Shown here: positions 14,353-28,160 of the stretch, in pieces
How the letters are laid out: each line of letters opens with the position of its first letter
How positions within the stretch are numbered: position 1 is the first letter of the stretch
Source: Octopus vulgaris
Lineage: Eukaryota
Direction of reading: 5' to 3'
DNA: 64,000 bases
Assembly (NCBI GenBank): GCA_951406725.2
Contig: OX597816.1
Span: 137,330,001 to 137,394,000, forward strand
Program-made: the position numbers and the translations under genes
The notes under the pieces: generated by a model
What the model was told of the DNA's origin: nothing
What the model saw: the letters and a program-made list of their open reading frames with translations, nothing else
Database searches by the model: none

Positions 14353-14828
14353 TAGATCCTGCTTACAGCATTCTTTTCTCTGAAGATCCGTCTGGACTGA
14401 CGGCTCGTGTTGGTCGCCCACATGGTCACGGCAGATGAGCAGAAGTGTCTCACAGAAAAGGAGACTGACGGATCGTCCGGGAGGATCCGGGAATATACTG
14501 ATTTATGCTGAATGCATCAAAGCGCTGCAACGGCGCATGCCCTCACACCTGACCTGATCTGATTAGGCTTCCACGTCAGCAACCACGTGATAATATTTTT
14601 CATTGTGGTCAAATTTATGTAAGTATTACTGCTTAAATTTTTGTTATCGTTAGGATTCCATGTTAGCAGCCCTGCGATAAATTTTTATGTATATGTTGCC
14701 TGCGTCTGCATTTTGGCATTCTCTTGTGATATGAATATAGTTTCCTTAATCAATCTTCTATTTTTATGAGAAATTTTATGGGGTGTGTAAGTATCATCTA
14801 CTAATGCATTTTGTATCTAACTTTGTTT

Positions 14829-14874
<46 letters not shown>

Positions 14875-15189
14875 TGTGTTTCTGTTTGTTGCGATTACTT
14901 TTTGTTGCAAATTGATGGTGAATCTACGAGATAGCGTTATAATAATACGGCCAAAAAATTTCTGGTGTCCTGAAGTTTACAACCGACAATTTTACAATCA
15001 AAAATGTAGATTAAATTGGTCATTTCTTGATGCTTGTAGTGTGCAATTGATGCATAGCATTTTTGTTTTAATGTGTTTGCTGTATATCATTTGCATTACT
15101 CTATGTTCGGGTGTTATACATTTTCTGTTTTGTTTCATGAGGTTTTTGATTATGTAAACGTCTCTTCGATAGTCATTATGCATTTGATT

Positions 15190-16230
15190 CATATAATAAA
15201 TTATTTGTGATTCGTGTGCTTTTATTGAGTGTAATCTTTGATGCAGTTGTTTTATTGTATTAGTTAATAGTTCTGTCTGCTATTGTGTTAGAATCTCCGT
15301 TGTTAATTAAACGTTTGATTTTTCTGCTGATTAAGGCGGTGAGCTGGCACAATCGTTAGCACACCGGGCAAAATGTTTAGTGTCATTTCGTCCGTCTGTA
15401 CGTTCTGAGTTCAAATTCCGTGAAGTGGACTTCGCCTTTCATGCTTTCTGGGTCGATAAAATAAGTACTAGTTGAATACTGGGGTCGATGTAATCGACTG
15501 ACCCTCTCCCCCAAATTTCAGGCCTTATGCCTATTGTAGAAAGGATTATTCTCCGAATTTCTTTCTCTAGTGTTTTGTTTGTGGATGAGAAGCTAAATTC
15601 TCTTCCAAGGAGTGATTTTTACCATTGAGATCTTATAGTTGTGCGGGCATTCACCGTTTCCATATAAATATATGCATTTAATTTATTCTTTGGTGTATGC
15701 TGAGATCATATAGCTATTTTTTCAATCTGTATCTATATACCCAAAAGCGGTATCTCATTTGTATTATTCTGGATGCTAAATTGTAATACGGAATTGTTTT
15801 CTTTGTCTTCTTTTTGTTCCTAAACTTCCCTTATTGTATCCATTACCGCAAGTATGTCATCTACCTATCTAGTGTGTATTACTCGTTTATAATTTGGTAT
15901 TATTCTGCTCAATGTTGTGCAAGTTAGAATGCAGCAAACGTAGGCCCTAAGGAGAACCCATGGCTATTCCATCTGTGTATAAATTCCCTAGGAGCGAGCG
16001 GAAAATTACTTCAGCTGTAGATTTTAAAGACGTTTACTGGTATCAGAGGGGGCTTTATTTGGGGTTTTATGTATCTTCTCTATTATCGTTTATTTCGTTT
16101 CTGCCTCTAGAAAGTGAACAAACTTTATGTATTTAAAACAGAAGAATCAAGGATTAACGTTTAGGTGGTTATTTTGTCCTTTTCAAAGAGAATGTGGTTT
16201 TAGTGTACTCTTGTTGATGAAGTTTAGGCC
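15190..16230 (-). mobile_element. Penelope-like element RT fragment, interrupted by a SINE
   Basis: Minus strand reads DGIAMGSP.GPTFA, YTR*VDDIL, NSVLQFSI, ECPHNYKISMVK, the PLE RT motif order. Confidence 0.75.
15335..15550 (+). mobile_element. SINE family A, full length, inserted in the PLE RT
   Basis: ggcggtgagctggcacaatcgttagc...gttcaaattcc...gcctattgtagaaaggattatt. Confidence 0.88.
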
Positions 16231-16283
16231 TAGATTCAACCATAATGGAAAATCTATGACAAAAGTATTCAAGCCGTGAGCAT

Positions 16284-16448
16284 CAATCAATTAATCAATC
16301 AATCAGTAATTCAGTCAGTCAATCAATCAACCAGTCAATCAATCAACCAGTCAATCAGTCAGTCAGTCAGTCAGTCAGTCAGTCAGTCAATCAATCAATC
16401 GATCAATCAGTCAATCAATTAAGCAATCTCTCTGTCTGGCTATCTAGC

Positions 16449-16504
<56 letters not shown>

Positions 16505-16510
16505 AGTCTG

Positions 16511-16594
<84 letters not shown>
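16284..16594. repeat. Compound tetranucleotide microsatellite (TCAA/TCAG/TCTG/TCTA)
   Basis: Direct reading. Confidence 0.95.
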
Positions 16595-16834
16595 GGTAAT
16601 TAGATACATATAGATTTATAGATATGGTTAAATATATAACAGTGAGACTGAAACGCTTTCTTTGAAGCCGAGTGACTCGAGATTTAATCCCACGTATGGT
16701 CACGACTGGATTACTTTCGTCATAGTTTTACTCCTTTAGGTTTGATCTAAGATTAACCACAACAAGAATATGCCACAAAACAGCAAAAGAATCTTCTATA
16801 ATTTAGTCTTGGGCTCCTTCTGTCCTCCCAAACC

Positions 16835-16882
<48 letters not shown>

Positions 16883-17011
16883 TCGCTTTCCACCTCTCTC
16901 TGTTCCCCCTCTCTCTGCCCTTGCTCCCTGCCTCTCTCTCTCTCTTACCCCTCTAATTCTCTGCCCGCTCTCTCTCAAACATACATACAAAAATACCCTG
17001 TTGATGTTATT

Positions 17012-17060
17012 GATATTCCAATGTAGGAGCCTTGGATCTAGGTTAGAAACCGGTTCCTTC
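17012..17060 (+). ncRNA. Highly degenerate hammerhead-like motif
   Basis: ccaatgta g gagcct..aggtta GAAA ccgg TT; palindromic stem III but the core deviates. Confidence 0.3.
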
Positions 17061-17335
17061 TCTATTGGCATGAAATCTGGAAATAAAACTAAATAGCGAC
17101 ATACATCTATCTTAAGTTCTGGTAGTGTATAAAAATAGGGTATTTCCAGAGAAGCACTCAACCCAAATTCTGGGTCATCAGCACTTTCAGATTCCAGACT
17201 AATACCGAAATTATTCAAGTATAGAAAATCCTTATTTCACAATGTCAAAACCGTTGTGTGGCTGTGACGAAGAGTTAATTATAATTCACATGATAATAAT
17301 AATAATAATACGATAAGCCTGATATATATACATAT

Positions 17336-17401
<66 letters not shown>

Positions 17402-17403
<2 letters not shown>

Positions 17404-17720
17404 CGGGAAGCTTTATGAAAATAAACAAAAGACGAAGGCAGGTGGAAAACAAACAAACAATTGTATTAGTATGGCGCTCAGGAAATATAAATAAAACAAG
17501 TCTTTAACGTTTCGAGCCTACGCTCTTCAACAGAAAGATACACAGAGAGAAAAAAAAATACAGAAAGAAGGAGAGAAAAAAAATGCGTGCAGTAACTAAC
17601 GAATCAACATGGCGATCTGATTTCGGCCAGAGGTCAAAGATCAAACATGAGACGCGAGAGCGAAATAAGGGGAGATAATAGGGTTGATAATAGGGTTGAT
17701 AATAGGGTTGAATGACCAGC
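17402..17720 (-). mobile_element. Short non-coding hammerhead-bearing element (family P1); motif at 17502-17537
   Basis: Reverse complement cttt CTGTTGA a gagc gtag gctc GAAA cg TT aaag; abuts (TA)n; homologous to 41346-41560 and 51540-51760. Confidence 0.7.
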
Positions 17721-17726
17721 TATTAA

Positions 17727-18068
17727 GGCGTGGGAGAGGTCTGGACGTGTGTATGTATAGGGTTGGTGTATGTATTAGTATGTATTAGTATGTATAAAGG
17801 TGTGTGTGTGTGTGTGTGTGTGTATGAGAGAGTATTAGTGCGTGGGATAGGTCTGGACGTGCGTATGTATGGGGTTGGTGTATGTATTAGTATGTATTAG
17901 TATGTATTAGTACGTATTAGTATGTATAAGTGTGTGTGTGTGTATGAGAGAGTATAAGTGCGTATGAGGGGTCTGGACGTGTGTATGTATAGGGTTGGTG
18001 TATGTATTAGTATGTATTAGTATGTATTAGTACGTATTAGTATGTATTAGTTGGTGTATGTATTAGTA
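17727..18068 (+). repeat. Three ~110-120-bp tandem units containing nested (tatgtattag)n and (TG)n
   Basis: gcgt...ggtctggacgtg.gtatgtat.gggttggtg recurs at ~17728, ~17840 and ~17959. Confidence 0.9.
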
Positions 18069-18112
18069 TGGCACATCATATATGATGTGATGTGTAAAGT
18101 CGTGCGGTGTAG

Positions 18113-18415
18113 TGAGGAGAAGAGGGGGAGGGGGAGAAGAGGGGGAGGAGAAGGGGAGGGGAAGAAGAGGGGGAAGAGGAGATGAGGGGGAGAAGGAAGG
18201 GGAGGAGGAAGGGGGAGGACGGAGGAAAGATGGAGAGGGGGAGAGAGAAGGGGAGTGAGGGAGCAGAGGGAAGGGGAAGAGGGAAGGAGGGAGGGAGAAA
18301 GAGGGAAGAAGGGAAGGGGAGAAAGGATGAAGGACTGAAGAAGTAGGGGTCGGGGGGAAGGATAGGTGAGGAGGGGGAGAGGGGGGTTAGATGAGGAGGG
18401 GGGGAGAGTTGAGAC
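18113..18415 (+). repeat. ~300-bp polypurine G/A tract
   Basis: Almost exclusively G and A, with many GGG+ runs. Confidence 0.9.
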
Positions 18416-18457
18416 CAAATGGCGTATAAGAGCGAAGAGAGATTAATTCCTGTTCAC

Positions 18458-18519
<62 letters not shown>

Positions 18520-18530
18520 TATATATATAT

Positions 18531-18578
<48 letters not shown>

Positions 18579-19388
18579 TCACACACACATACACAACAGG
18601 CTTTCTCTGCTATAGTGAAAGTATTTTTCTACTGTGAAAAATTCCACCGCATCAAATACTCCACTGAACTTCGTTCTACCTGTAGATCGACCGCAGTAAC
18701 ACGTATTCCTCTTTTCTTTTTGGTGAAATATATTATCTATCTAATCAACTTTTCTTCAGTTGCATATCTTCCAACGTAATATAATCGCCATCTTTATAGA
18801 ATAATTCAATCATTAAATCTTTTTTATTCTTCTTTCCCCTTTCTTTCTTTAAAATATATTTCTCTCGATCTCAGCGTGTGAAGTCAAGTCACACGATTTC
18901 AGAAATCTGCTACGAAATCTGTTTCTCCGTTTTGTTGAAACTAGAAAGGATTGGGAGAAAGTTTGTGACATTTATGATGTTGTCATCACGAGATTAAAAC
19001 AGCAAAGGGGACGGAATAAAAGCACCAGCAAGATAATCTCCATTTAAATAGCCGCTGAAATCTGGATATAGTTAACACGCTATACTATAACGTCTACACA
19101 ATAAAAGGCAGTTGCAGGGCCATTCCAGAGACACTAACTATTCTTTAGTTTTTAATAAGTACAGCACAGCTGACTCCGCTTATTGTCCGATTTTTCATTA
19201 TATCTGCGATTAGTTTTCACACTGAAACACTGCTATCGACAGCTGTAAATGTCACCATCATTGACCAGTATATATCCAGCTTTAAGCTATTTTCTTCTAT
19301 TTATCGTTGTTCTCTTATTTCTTGCACACTCTTCCTCATCTCTCATTTAGACATGTTTTATTCTTTCGGCCTCCCATATTCTGTCCGC

Positions 19389-19582
<194 letters not shown>

Positions 19583-20954
19583 ATTGCCTATCAGTCTGAA
19601 TTCGTATCTTTCATTTACTTTTTTTCCTTTTTGCGTTCTTTTTTTTTTTCTCTTTGCATGTTTTCTCTCCATTTTTATTTGTTTCGTTCTCTTCAACATC
19701 CTTGCTTAAATATGTGTTGCAAAGAGGTAGTGCACTGCAGAAAATTTTGCGATTATAATAGAACGCACCCGCTGTTGTGCTGCTATGTCGTAACGTTACA
19801 GACCTACAGTTCTGTCTAATTGAATTATCACCGCTACAGAACCGATACCAGATAAAAGCCATTCGGTTTCGTTCCGACTTCATCAAGTCCATCCTTAAAT
19901 AAATCCTATTTTTTTTCTTAAATGATACTCTGACAAATACCAACAAGTTATATATGAAACATCGACACAATAACGAAGTGAAGAAATGTGTTGGTCTCCA
20001 TTTGGACGGAAAATATGTGTTATTCAGTGTATGGTCTTCTTTACCCTTTTTACGGCGTAAAGCAGTTACATCCACTCAAAATTTTATCATCCTTAACTGT
20101 AGAGAGCAGTTTTGTATACCAGTCTGTCTTTTGTTGGGCAATGTTCGTTTGAAACTATTTTCTCTTGAGACATGTCACGTTTATTGAGGTAACGCGACTT
20201 GCAGAAAATGCCAATTCTATTTTTTTTTTTTTTTTTTGGTAGATATTTAACATCATCACTAGAATATCTACAAAATTTAAACAAGCAAAGTAATAACTAT
20301 ACTGAAAAGTAGTGTTTATCGCCACTTCAAATCGACTGTTCTGTAGGAACCAACGTTACTACCGTTTTTAACCCCAGGATGACACCTTCTCCAGTTGTTT
20401 ATCAATGCAACCTGCACCCAATATATGTTGCAAGCAGAGGAACGAATCCCCACCATTTTGTAGGGACGACGGGACCACCAGACCGTCTGGTTTCGAGCTA
20501 TTTGTGCTCATCTTATAATTTAAGTTCGCAGTGAAAGGGTTAGAAATCCAGTAATTCTTATCCGGATACAAAATAGTCATTCTTAGGTTATCTGTCTTCA
20601 GGAACATTTTGATTATACACAGAGCTAAAAATAATCACAACTCGTTATCTGTCTCTTAACCTTTGCCTGTCCAAAGAATTTTCATAAGTTTGTTCTAAAC
20701 ATCCATGCTTATTTTTCAGACTTTTAGTTAGCCCTTTCTTTTCGTAAGTCCCTAGTTACTCTGGGGTTAAAAAAATTATTGGTAATGTGTATCACTAGAT
20801 ACAACAACCGCAAAATATTTTCCTCGATGTTTTACGGATTCTGCGAATCCGCCACCTTGAATTTTACACGAATTATACGTCCATTTTTGTTTTAGCCTAT
20901 CCGCTGTGGTTATAAGTTATTTCAGCTTATCTACTCTATAATACAAATTTTGCC

Positions 20955-21103
20955 TCTACGATCTGAGTTCAAATTCCGCCGGGCTTGCATCACTTTTTAT
21001 CCTTTCGAGGCCGATAAAATGAGTACCAGTCGAGCACCGGGGTCAATGTAATCGACTTACCTGTTCCCTCGAAATTGGTGGCCTTTTCTCAAAAATTTGA
21101 ACA
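20955..21103 (+). mobile_element. SINE family A, head-truncated
   Basis: tctgagttcaaattccgcc...cctttcgaggccgataaaatgagtaccag...gaaattggtggcc. Confidence 0.75.
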
Positions 21104-21299
21104 CTATTTCAGTGAAATCGAGCAATTTTTAAAGAAAAACTCACTTTTATTTGTGTTTATTAAGTTAAATATGCGTTACAAGTGTATATATTTGTTTCTA
21201 ATTTTATAATTTTTATAAATTTTTTCAATAATTCTATTTCTAGTCTTATTTTCATACCTATCTGTCCACAACAGCTTATTTTTTTCAATTTAGCTGCAA

Positions 21300-21590
21300 T
21301 CATATTCTCTACGTCCATCCCGAGGATGGAGCAATAATTTAGCCGAACTTAAAGAACGCATCCTCTTAAAAGTGCAAGAGAAAATTGCTGAAATGCTTCA
21401 AAATGTGTCCTAAGGTAAGATTTGGAATTTGTGGGGATACAGAAGGAGCGCATGTTGAACATTTCCAATAAAGTTTTGACGTAAGATATATAAATCTAAT
21501 TGTTTTGGTATCATAATTAAGTAATAAATATTAAATTCTGTCAGTTTCTTTAAAATTTGAGCTATTTCTTTGAAATAGTTAATTCTGGGA
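21300..21590 (+). mobile_element. Tc1/mariner 3'-end relic
   Basis: LAELKERI...EMLQNV...CGDTEGAHVEHFQ*, a typical GGHFE-like C-terminus. Confidence 0.55.
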
Positions 21591-21905
21591 CAAGCTATAT
21601 ATATATATTTATATATTTATATATATATATATATATATATGCATACATGCATATGCACATGTATATATATACATATATATATACACATATTCATGCATAT
21701 ATATACATGCATATACATACATACATACATATATATATACATACATACATATACATACACATATATATACATACATATATATATACATACATATATACAT
21801 ATATATATATACACATACGTATATATAGACTTACATATATATACATACATATGTATACATGTATATACTTATACATACATATATATGCACACACGCACAC
21901 TCACC

Positions 21906-21937
<32 letters not shown>

Positions 21938-22551
21938 CGAATGAAAATGATCTTAGAGAAATTACTGAGAATGGCTAATGCCAGGTGGAATGTTGACATG
22001 AGAGACGAATAAACATATATTAAATAACATATAAGAAAAATTGTTGATTGATTGAAAGTATCTCTACTTCCAGTAAAGGGCAGACCAATCGCTTGGTGGC
22101 ATTTACATATATCTATATACATGTGTGTGTGTGTATTATGCATGTGTCTTTGAGCGTGTGCAAATGTGTTTAGGTATATGCATATTTTTGTGTCTGTTTC
22201 TGTATATGGGGTTCTAAAGACGTCGTGCATACAGAAGTTCTAAGAGACCCTAATAATGTCATAAGGGAATTAGGTCACACTAATGTCCCCTATAGTTGGA
22301 CAGTTAAAAAAGAAAATAGTGCTCTGTAGCCTACAATATATATTGTATGTACATTTTAATAACATAAGACAAATCTCAAAGATTGATGTATAAACATAAA
22401 TGCATACTTATACAGACACACAAATACATGGACGCATGCGCATTACACATAGAGACACCAGCACAAATTGATACATAGATAAATTGATAGATAGATTGAT
22501 AGATAGATAGATAGATACAAAGACAGGCAGACAGACAGCTAGATAGGTAGG

Positions 22552-22613
<62 letters not shown>

Positions 22614-22614
22614 T

Positions 22615-22935
22615 GTTTCTTTATTAGCCACACAGGGCTGCACACAGATAGAACAAATTACAAGGTAGAGCTTTTCTTTTGAAGGGTTAGAAAAAAAAAA
22701 AAAAAAAAGAAGGGGGAGTTTCGATCAAAAGGGATCGTAAAAGGAGAGAAAGAGGACAAAAAAAGGGGGGTTAAAAAAAGGGGGGAGGAAAAAAATTGAT
22801 CAATAGGGATCGTTATCACAGAAATGTCAATATGAAGTGTAAAGGGGAGGACAGGTGAGGTTTACCCGTGGAAAGAAAAGCCTACGGAAAAGACCACGGT
22901 AACCTCGGTCAATGAAGTCACATTTTATATTTCTT
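22615..22935 (-). mobile_element. Probable LINE 3' UTR fragment inserted in (GATA)n
   Basis: Minus strand ends ...ctgtgtgcagccctgtgtggctAATAAAgaaac then (tatc)n; GATA repeats on both flanks. Confidence 0.55.
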
Positions 22936-23046
22936 ATAGATAGATAGATAGATAGATAGATAAATACAGTGAGTGATAGAGACACTGAAAAAATCGGATA
23001 TATAATGACAATGCAAATAAAAGTGCATACATATGAATTATATGTC

Positions 23047-23094
<48 letters not shown>

Positions 23095-23215
23095 GCATAT
23101 GAACCACCGATCTATCTGTCTGTCTGTTCTATGTATCTATCTTTCTCTCTCTCTACCCGTTGATATGTACAGTCATACATACATACATACATACATACAT
23201 ACATACATACATACA

Positions 23216-23247
<32 letters not shown>

Positions 23248-23675
23248 CACATATATATATATATAAATACGTATGGCATACATGCACAAACGCACATACA
23301 CACATATTGCTCCTGTGTACGTATGTGTGTGTGCGCGCGCACATGGGATCATACTCTGCATGTTTTTTTTTTGTTTTGTTTATTCCGTTTAGTCTTTAAT
23401 CCTATCTAATGCAGTGGATAGTAGTTTGTGTGTCGCCAGAACCAATGAAAAGGACGACCAACAAAGGTAGAGAAAGACGTCCACTCCTGACAGCTTATTA
23501 TCTTCAGTAAAGACAATATGGAGGTCTACTAAATCCATTGGCCAAACAAGGTAAAACTCCAAAAGAAAGCTTCTATAATCTTCATAAAATCTCTTTTGTA
23601 GAATTTTACCGAAAGATAGCATTTCTCTCTGTCACAATCATATCTTTGATCCGCTTCAATTTTCTGTTTCGCATT

Positions 23676-23766
<91 letters not shown>

Positions 23767-23945
23767 GCTGTCTGTCTGTCTCTCTTTCTTCATCCATCTG
23801 TCTATCTGCTGGTTCGTTTGATACATAACCACACACATCTACATATACATGCACATACACGCACACACATGCACACATACACACACACGCACACACACAC
23901 ACACACATATATATATGCGCATATACATATACATGCATGTATATA

Positions 23946-24004
<59 letters not shown>

Positions 24005-24095
24005 ACATATATATTTATATGTAAATATATATATATATTTTTATATGCTTACATACGTTTATATATATACATATATATATGTATATATATATATG

Positions 24096-24130
<35 letters not shown>

Positions 24131-24264
24131 GTATGCATATATATATACATCTATGTGTCTGTATGTTTATGTATGTTCCTATGCCTGTGTGCGGTCCGTT
24201 TCCCTGTTTGTCTGTCTCTCAGCCTGTGTATCTACCTCTCTCTCTCTCTATTCAAGTCTATCTG

Positions 24265-24296
<32 letters not shown>

Positions 24297-24722
24297 ATCC
24301 ATTTCTTTTTATACTCAACTTAATTATTAATGTTTATAATTGCCATCATTTCTATCTACGTTACTGTAATACTTTTCTCATTTCAATACAACTCCTCCCC
24401 CGCCACTCCCTCTATGTTTTTTCCATCTTCCTTAAACAGAGTACCGTATTTCCGTCCAATTCTAGTTACTCTAGTTCAGTTCTATTACCTTCACCGACAT
24501 TGCTGCATCATCCCGAATCTGAACTGAGCAACAATAAGGTAATGAAACACAGACAGAAAGTTATAAAATCTTCTAGGGTGAAAACGTATCATTGATTTTT
24601 ATAAAGACACCTTCGGTCATATTGAGGAAGTATATATTCAGCCGTAAAAGATGGCAGCGTATACATAATTCAAAACGAGGTTTAAGAAGCGTATATGTTT
24701 GTTGATGCTGTTGCTGTTGTTA

Positions 24723-24760
<38 letters not shown>

Positions 24761-24770
24761 GTTGTTTTTG

Positions 24771-24802
<32 letters not shown>

Positions 24803-25646
24803 GGTGGAGTTAGTGGTGATGGGGAGCTGGAGGAGAATTTCAAAGAAAGTGTATAATCTGTTAGAACGAGGATTATTTCTGTTTTGGTTAGATATAGTTG
24901 ATTCCTTCAGATGATTGTTCAGATTCTTTACTTACATAAGTTACCATTATTGTGACGGAAATCTTAAGAAGGGTTTCTAAAAATAGCCCCCAATAAACCC
25001 AAGAAGAAAATATTTTATAACTGACCAATAAAATCTACGTCTACGATTGTCTTATTTCACTACATCTGACTTGTTCTTACTTTCATCCATTTCATCTATA
25101 CTACTTTATATTTTCTCTTTTGACAGGCTGATCATATTTTCGTCTGCTGCGAAAGATTGTTCTTGTTCATAGCTAAGATAAGTGATTCCTAAAGTGGAGT
25201 GGTCTAATATGCAGTAAGAAGTTAAAAAAAAAAACAAAAAAGAAGAAAAATGCATGGAGATAAATGTTAGAACGTACAGATGTATGCTGTATTACATGTC
25301 ATCTAACTTAGTGTGTAGCATCTTGGTAAGCTGCTATCGCTGAATCCACTCTAAATTTTATTAAACGAATTAAATATTGGCGGTGGACTGTCAGATTTGA
25401 TAGATCGCTGGACAAAGTGCATTGTGGTGTTTTGGGGGTACGTCGCTTTAGATTTTAAACTCAACCCGCTGCCAGGGTTGAATTCACCTTTCCCAGAGGT
25501 TTATGATTACTATAGAAATTTTGTCAAGTTAATTAAAATAAAGCGGAATTGTTAGGAAATAACCTATGTAGGACCAACAGAAAATGAGCTATAAGATTGT
25601 TATTATGAATTTAAATTGAATGCGGTAGTTGTTTTATTTAATATTG

Positions 25647-25647
<1 letters not shown>

Positions 25648-25724
<77 letters not shown>

Positions 25725-25810
25725 CAACAACAATAATAATAATAATAATAATAATAATATTAATAAAAATAAAAATAATAATAATAATAATAATTATAAT
25801 AATCATAATA
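25648..25810. repeat. (AAT/AAC)n microsatellite
   Basis: Direct reading. Confidence 0.95.
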
Positions 25811-26220
25811 ATCCTTTCTATTGGAAGCACAAGGCCTCAAATTTTGGGGAAGGGATTAAGTCGATTACATCGACCCCAGTGTGTAACTGGTATTTATTTA
25901 ATCGACCCCGAAAGTATGAAAGGCAAAGTCGACCTCGGTGGAATTTAAACTCAGAACGTGAAGACGGACGAAACGGCGCTAAGCATTTTGCCCGGTGCGG
26001 TAACGATTCTGCCAGCTCATCGCCTTAATAATAATAATAATAATCCTTTCTGCTATTAGTACAAGGCCTGAAATGTTGGAGGAGGTGGTTGAGTCGATTA
26101 CAACGCCCCAATGCACAACTTGTACTTAGTTTATCGACTCCGAAAGGATGAACTCAGAACGTAAAAACGGACGAAATGACGTTAAGGATTTTACCCGGCG
26201 TACAAACGATTATGCCAGCT
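25810..26220 (-). mobile_element. Two SINE family A copies (25810-26024, 26042-26220) separated by (AAT)n
   Basis: Reverse complement of the family A head, central block and short tail. Confidence 0.85.
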
Positions 26221-26319
26221 CTTCTTCTTCTTCTTCTTCTTCTTCTTCTTCTTCTTCTTCTTCTTCTTCTTCTTCTTCTTCTTCTTCTTCTTCTTCTTCT
26301 TCTTCTTCTTCTTCTTCTT

Positions 26320-26410
<91 letters not shown>
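26219..26410. repeat. (TTC)n followed by (AAT)n
   Basis: Direct reading. Confidence 0.95.
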
Positions 26411-26411
<1 letters not shown>

Positions 26412-27745
26412 TAATAATGAGATAAAAAACGAAAAAAATGAAACAAATTACGTAAGGCGAGTCAGAAAATATTTGCAGTCAAAGCTGAACTCCAAAATCT
26501 CATTGAAGCAATAAATTCAAGAGCATACCCTTCCTTAATCGGACATGGAGCTGGAATAATAGACTGGACCAAAAAATGAAATTTAAAAAAAACTTGACAG
26601 AAAAAGTAGGAATTTGTTGACGATGTATGGAGCCCACCATCCGAAACTGATATCAACCGGCTGTACTTGAAGACAGAACTAGAGTGGAAGAGGCTTAATA
26701 GCAGTAGAAGAATGTTTACGGATGGAAAGAAAAAGACTGGTAAAGTATTTGTAGAGCAACACAGAAAAACTACAAAAGGCAGTTAAGAAAGAACAGGTGA
26801 TGAGGTGCGTAAAAAGAGAAAAGGACAAGAATGAAATACAAAGAGAGCACGTCAGACAGATCGAAGAGATACATCTGCATGGCCAGTTTTGGAGAGCCAC
26901 TGAAGACGTAGGTGGAACAAAATTCCGGGCTTGGTTGCAAAAAAGAGTAATTTAAAAAAAAATAAATAAACAGGGAGCCTAATAGTAGCAGCCCAAGATC
27001 AAGCGATTAACGCAAACAACTTGAGAAAAAATATATATGGGGAGAATGTGTCAGAAAATGTAGAGCCTGTGGAACTTGGGACGAGACAGTGGCAAACATT
27101 GTGGCAGAATGCTCCAAGTTGGCACAGGAAGAATATAAGAAATAGAAGCACGATCAGGTTATAAAAGTTTTACACTCGACTGCCAGAAATGGGGATTTGA
27201 AGCTGGAAACACATGATACAATCATCGAATCGAAAGAGCACTAGAGTCGGAGAAATGTATGATCTTGGTGGACTTTCCTTCTCAAACGGACAAGAAATTA
27301 GAAAGCAGCAGACCAGATATTACGATCATAAATAAGGAAAAGCGAAGCTGCTTGATTATCGACCCATCATGCTCGTTTGATTCCAGGATCGTAAAGAATG
27401 TGGAAGAAAAACAAAGAAATTACAATCCCCTAAAATCTGAAATAGGAAGAATTTGGAGCATAATTGCCTATAACAATTGGTGCGTTGGGAACAGTAAGCC
27501 AAAATGTAGACAAATGGTTGAAAGAGATTGAAGTAGAATGCCCAGTAGAGCTACTACAGAAAGTTTGCCTCTGAGGGATAGGAAGGATTATAAGGAGGGT
27601 GCTAAGCACTTCAAAGACTGCCGAAACCAGTGGATACCTAAAGTTACAGGTAGTAAACTCGCTACCCACATAAATCCTACCAGGAATAAGATCACAGCTG
27701 AGCTTAGTTTCAATGAAGGTGGCGACAGGTAGAATCACTAGCACA
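26411..27745 (+). mobile_element. R4/Dong-clade LINE 3' portion, decayed
   Basis: YVRRVRKYLQSKLN..LIEAINSRA; IVAAQDQA; ETVANIVAECSKLA; SRPDITIINKEKRSCLIID (REL); starts in (AAT)n. Confidence 0.88.
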
Positions 27746-27750
27746 CTGGT

Positions 27751-28160
27751 CATAACGCTTAGTGGTATTTCTTCCGACTTTGCGCTCTGATTTCAAGTGC
27801 CACCGGGGTTCTCTTTGCCGTTTATTCTTCGCGGTCGATAAAATAAGTACCAGTTGTCACTGGGGTCGATGTAGTCGACTTATCCCCTCCTCCAAATTGA
27901 TGGCCTTATGCCAAATTTTGGAATCAATATAATAAGTTTTTTGAAGGCGTCGAGCTGGCAGAAACTTTAGCATTCCGGGTAAAATGCTTAAAGGCATACC
28001 GTCCGTCTTTACGTTCTGAGTTGAAGTGTCGCCGAGGTCGACTTTGTCTTTCATCCCTCGGGTTCGATAAAATAAGTACCAAATCGAGCACTGGAGTCGA
28101 TGTTATCGACTTAAGCCCTCTCTCGAAATTGCTGGTCTTGTGCCAAAATTTGAAACCGGT
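27751..28160 (+). mobile_element. Two SINE family A copies (27751-27927, 27946-28160)
   Basis: Family A central block and tail in each copy. Confidence 0.82.

Noticed and set aside
17675-17711. Interstitial telomere repeat
   Set aside because: The unit is a 12-mer containing TAGGGT, not tandem TTAGGG.
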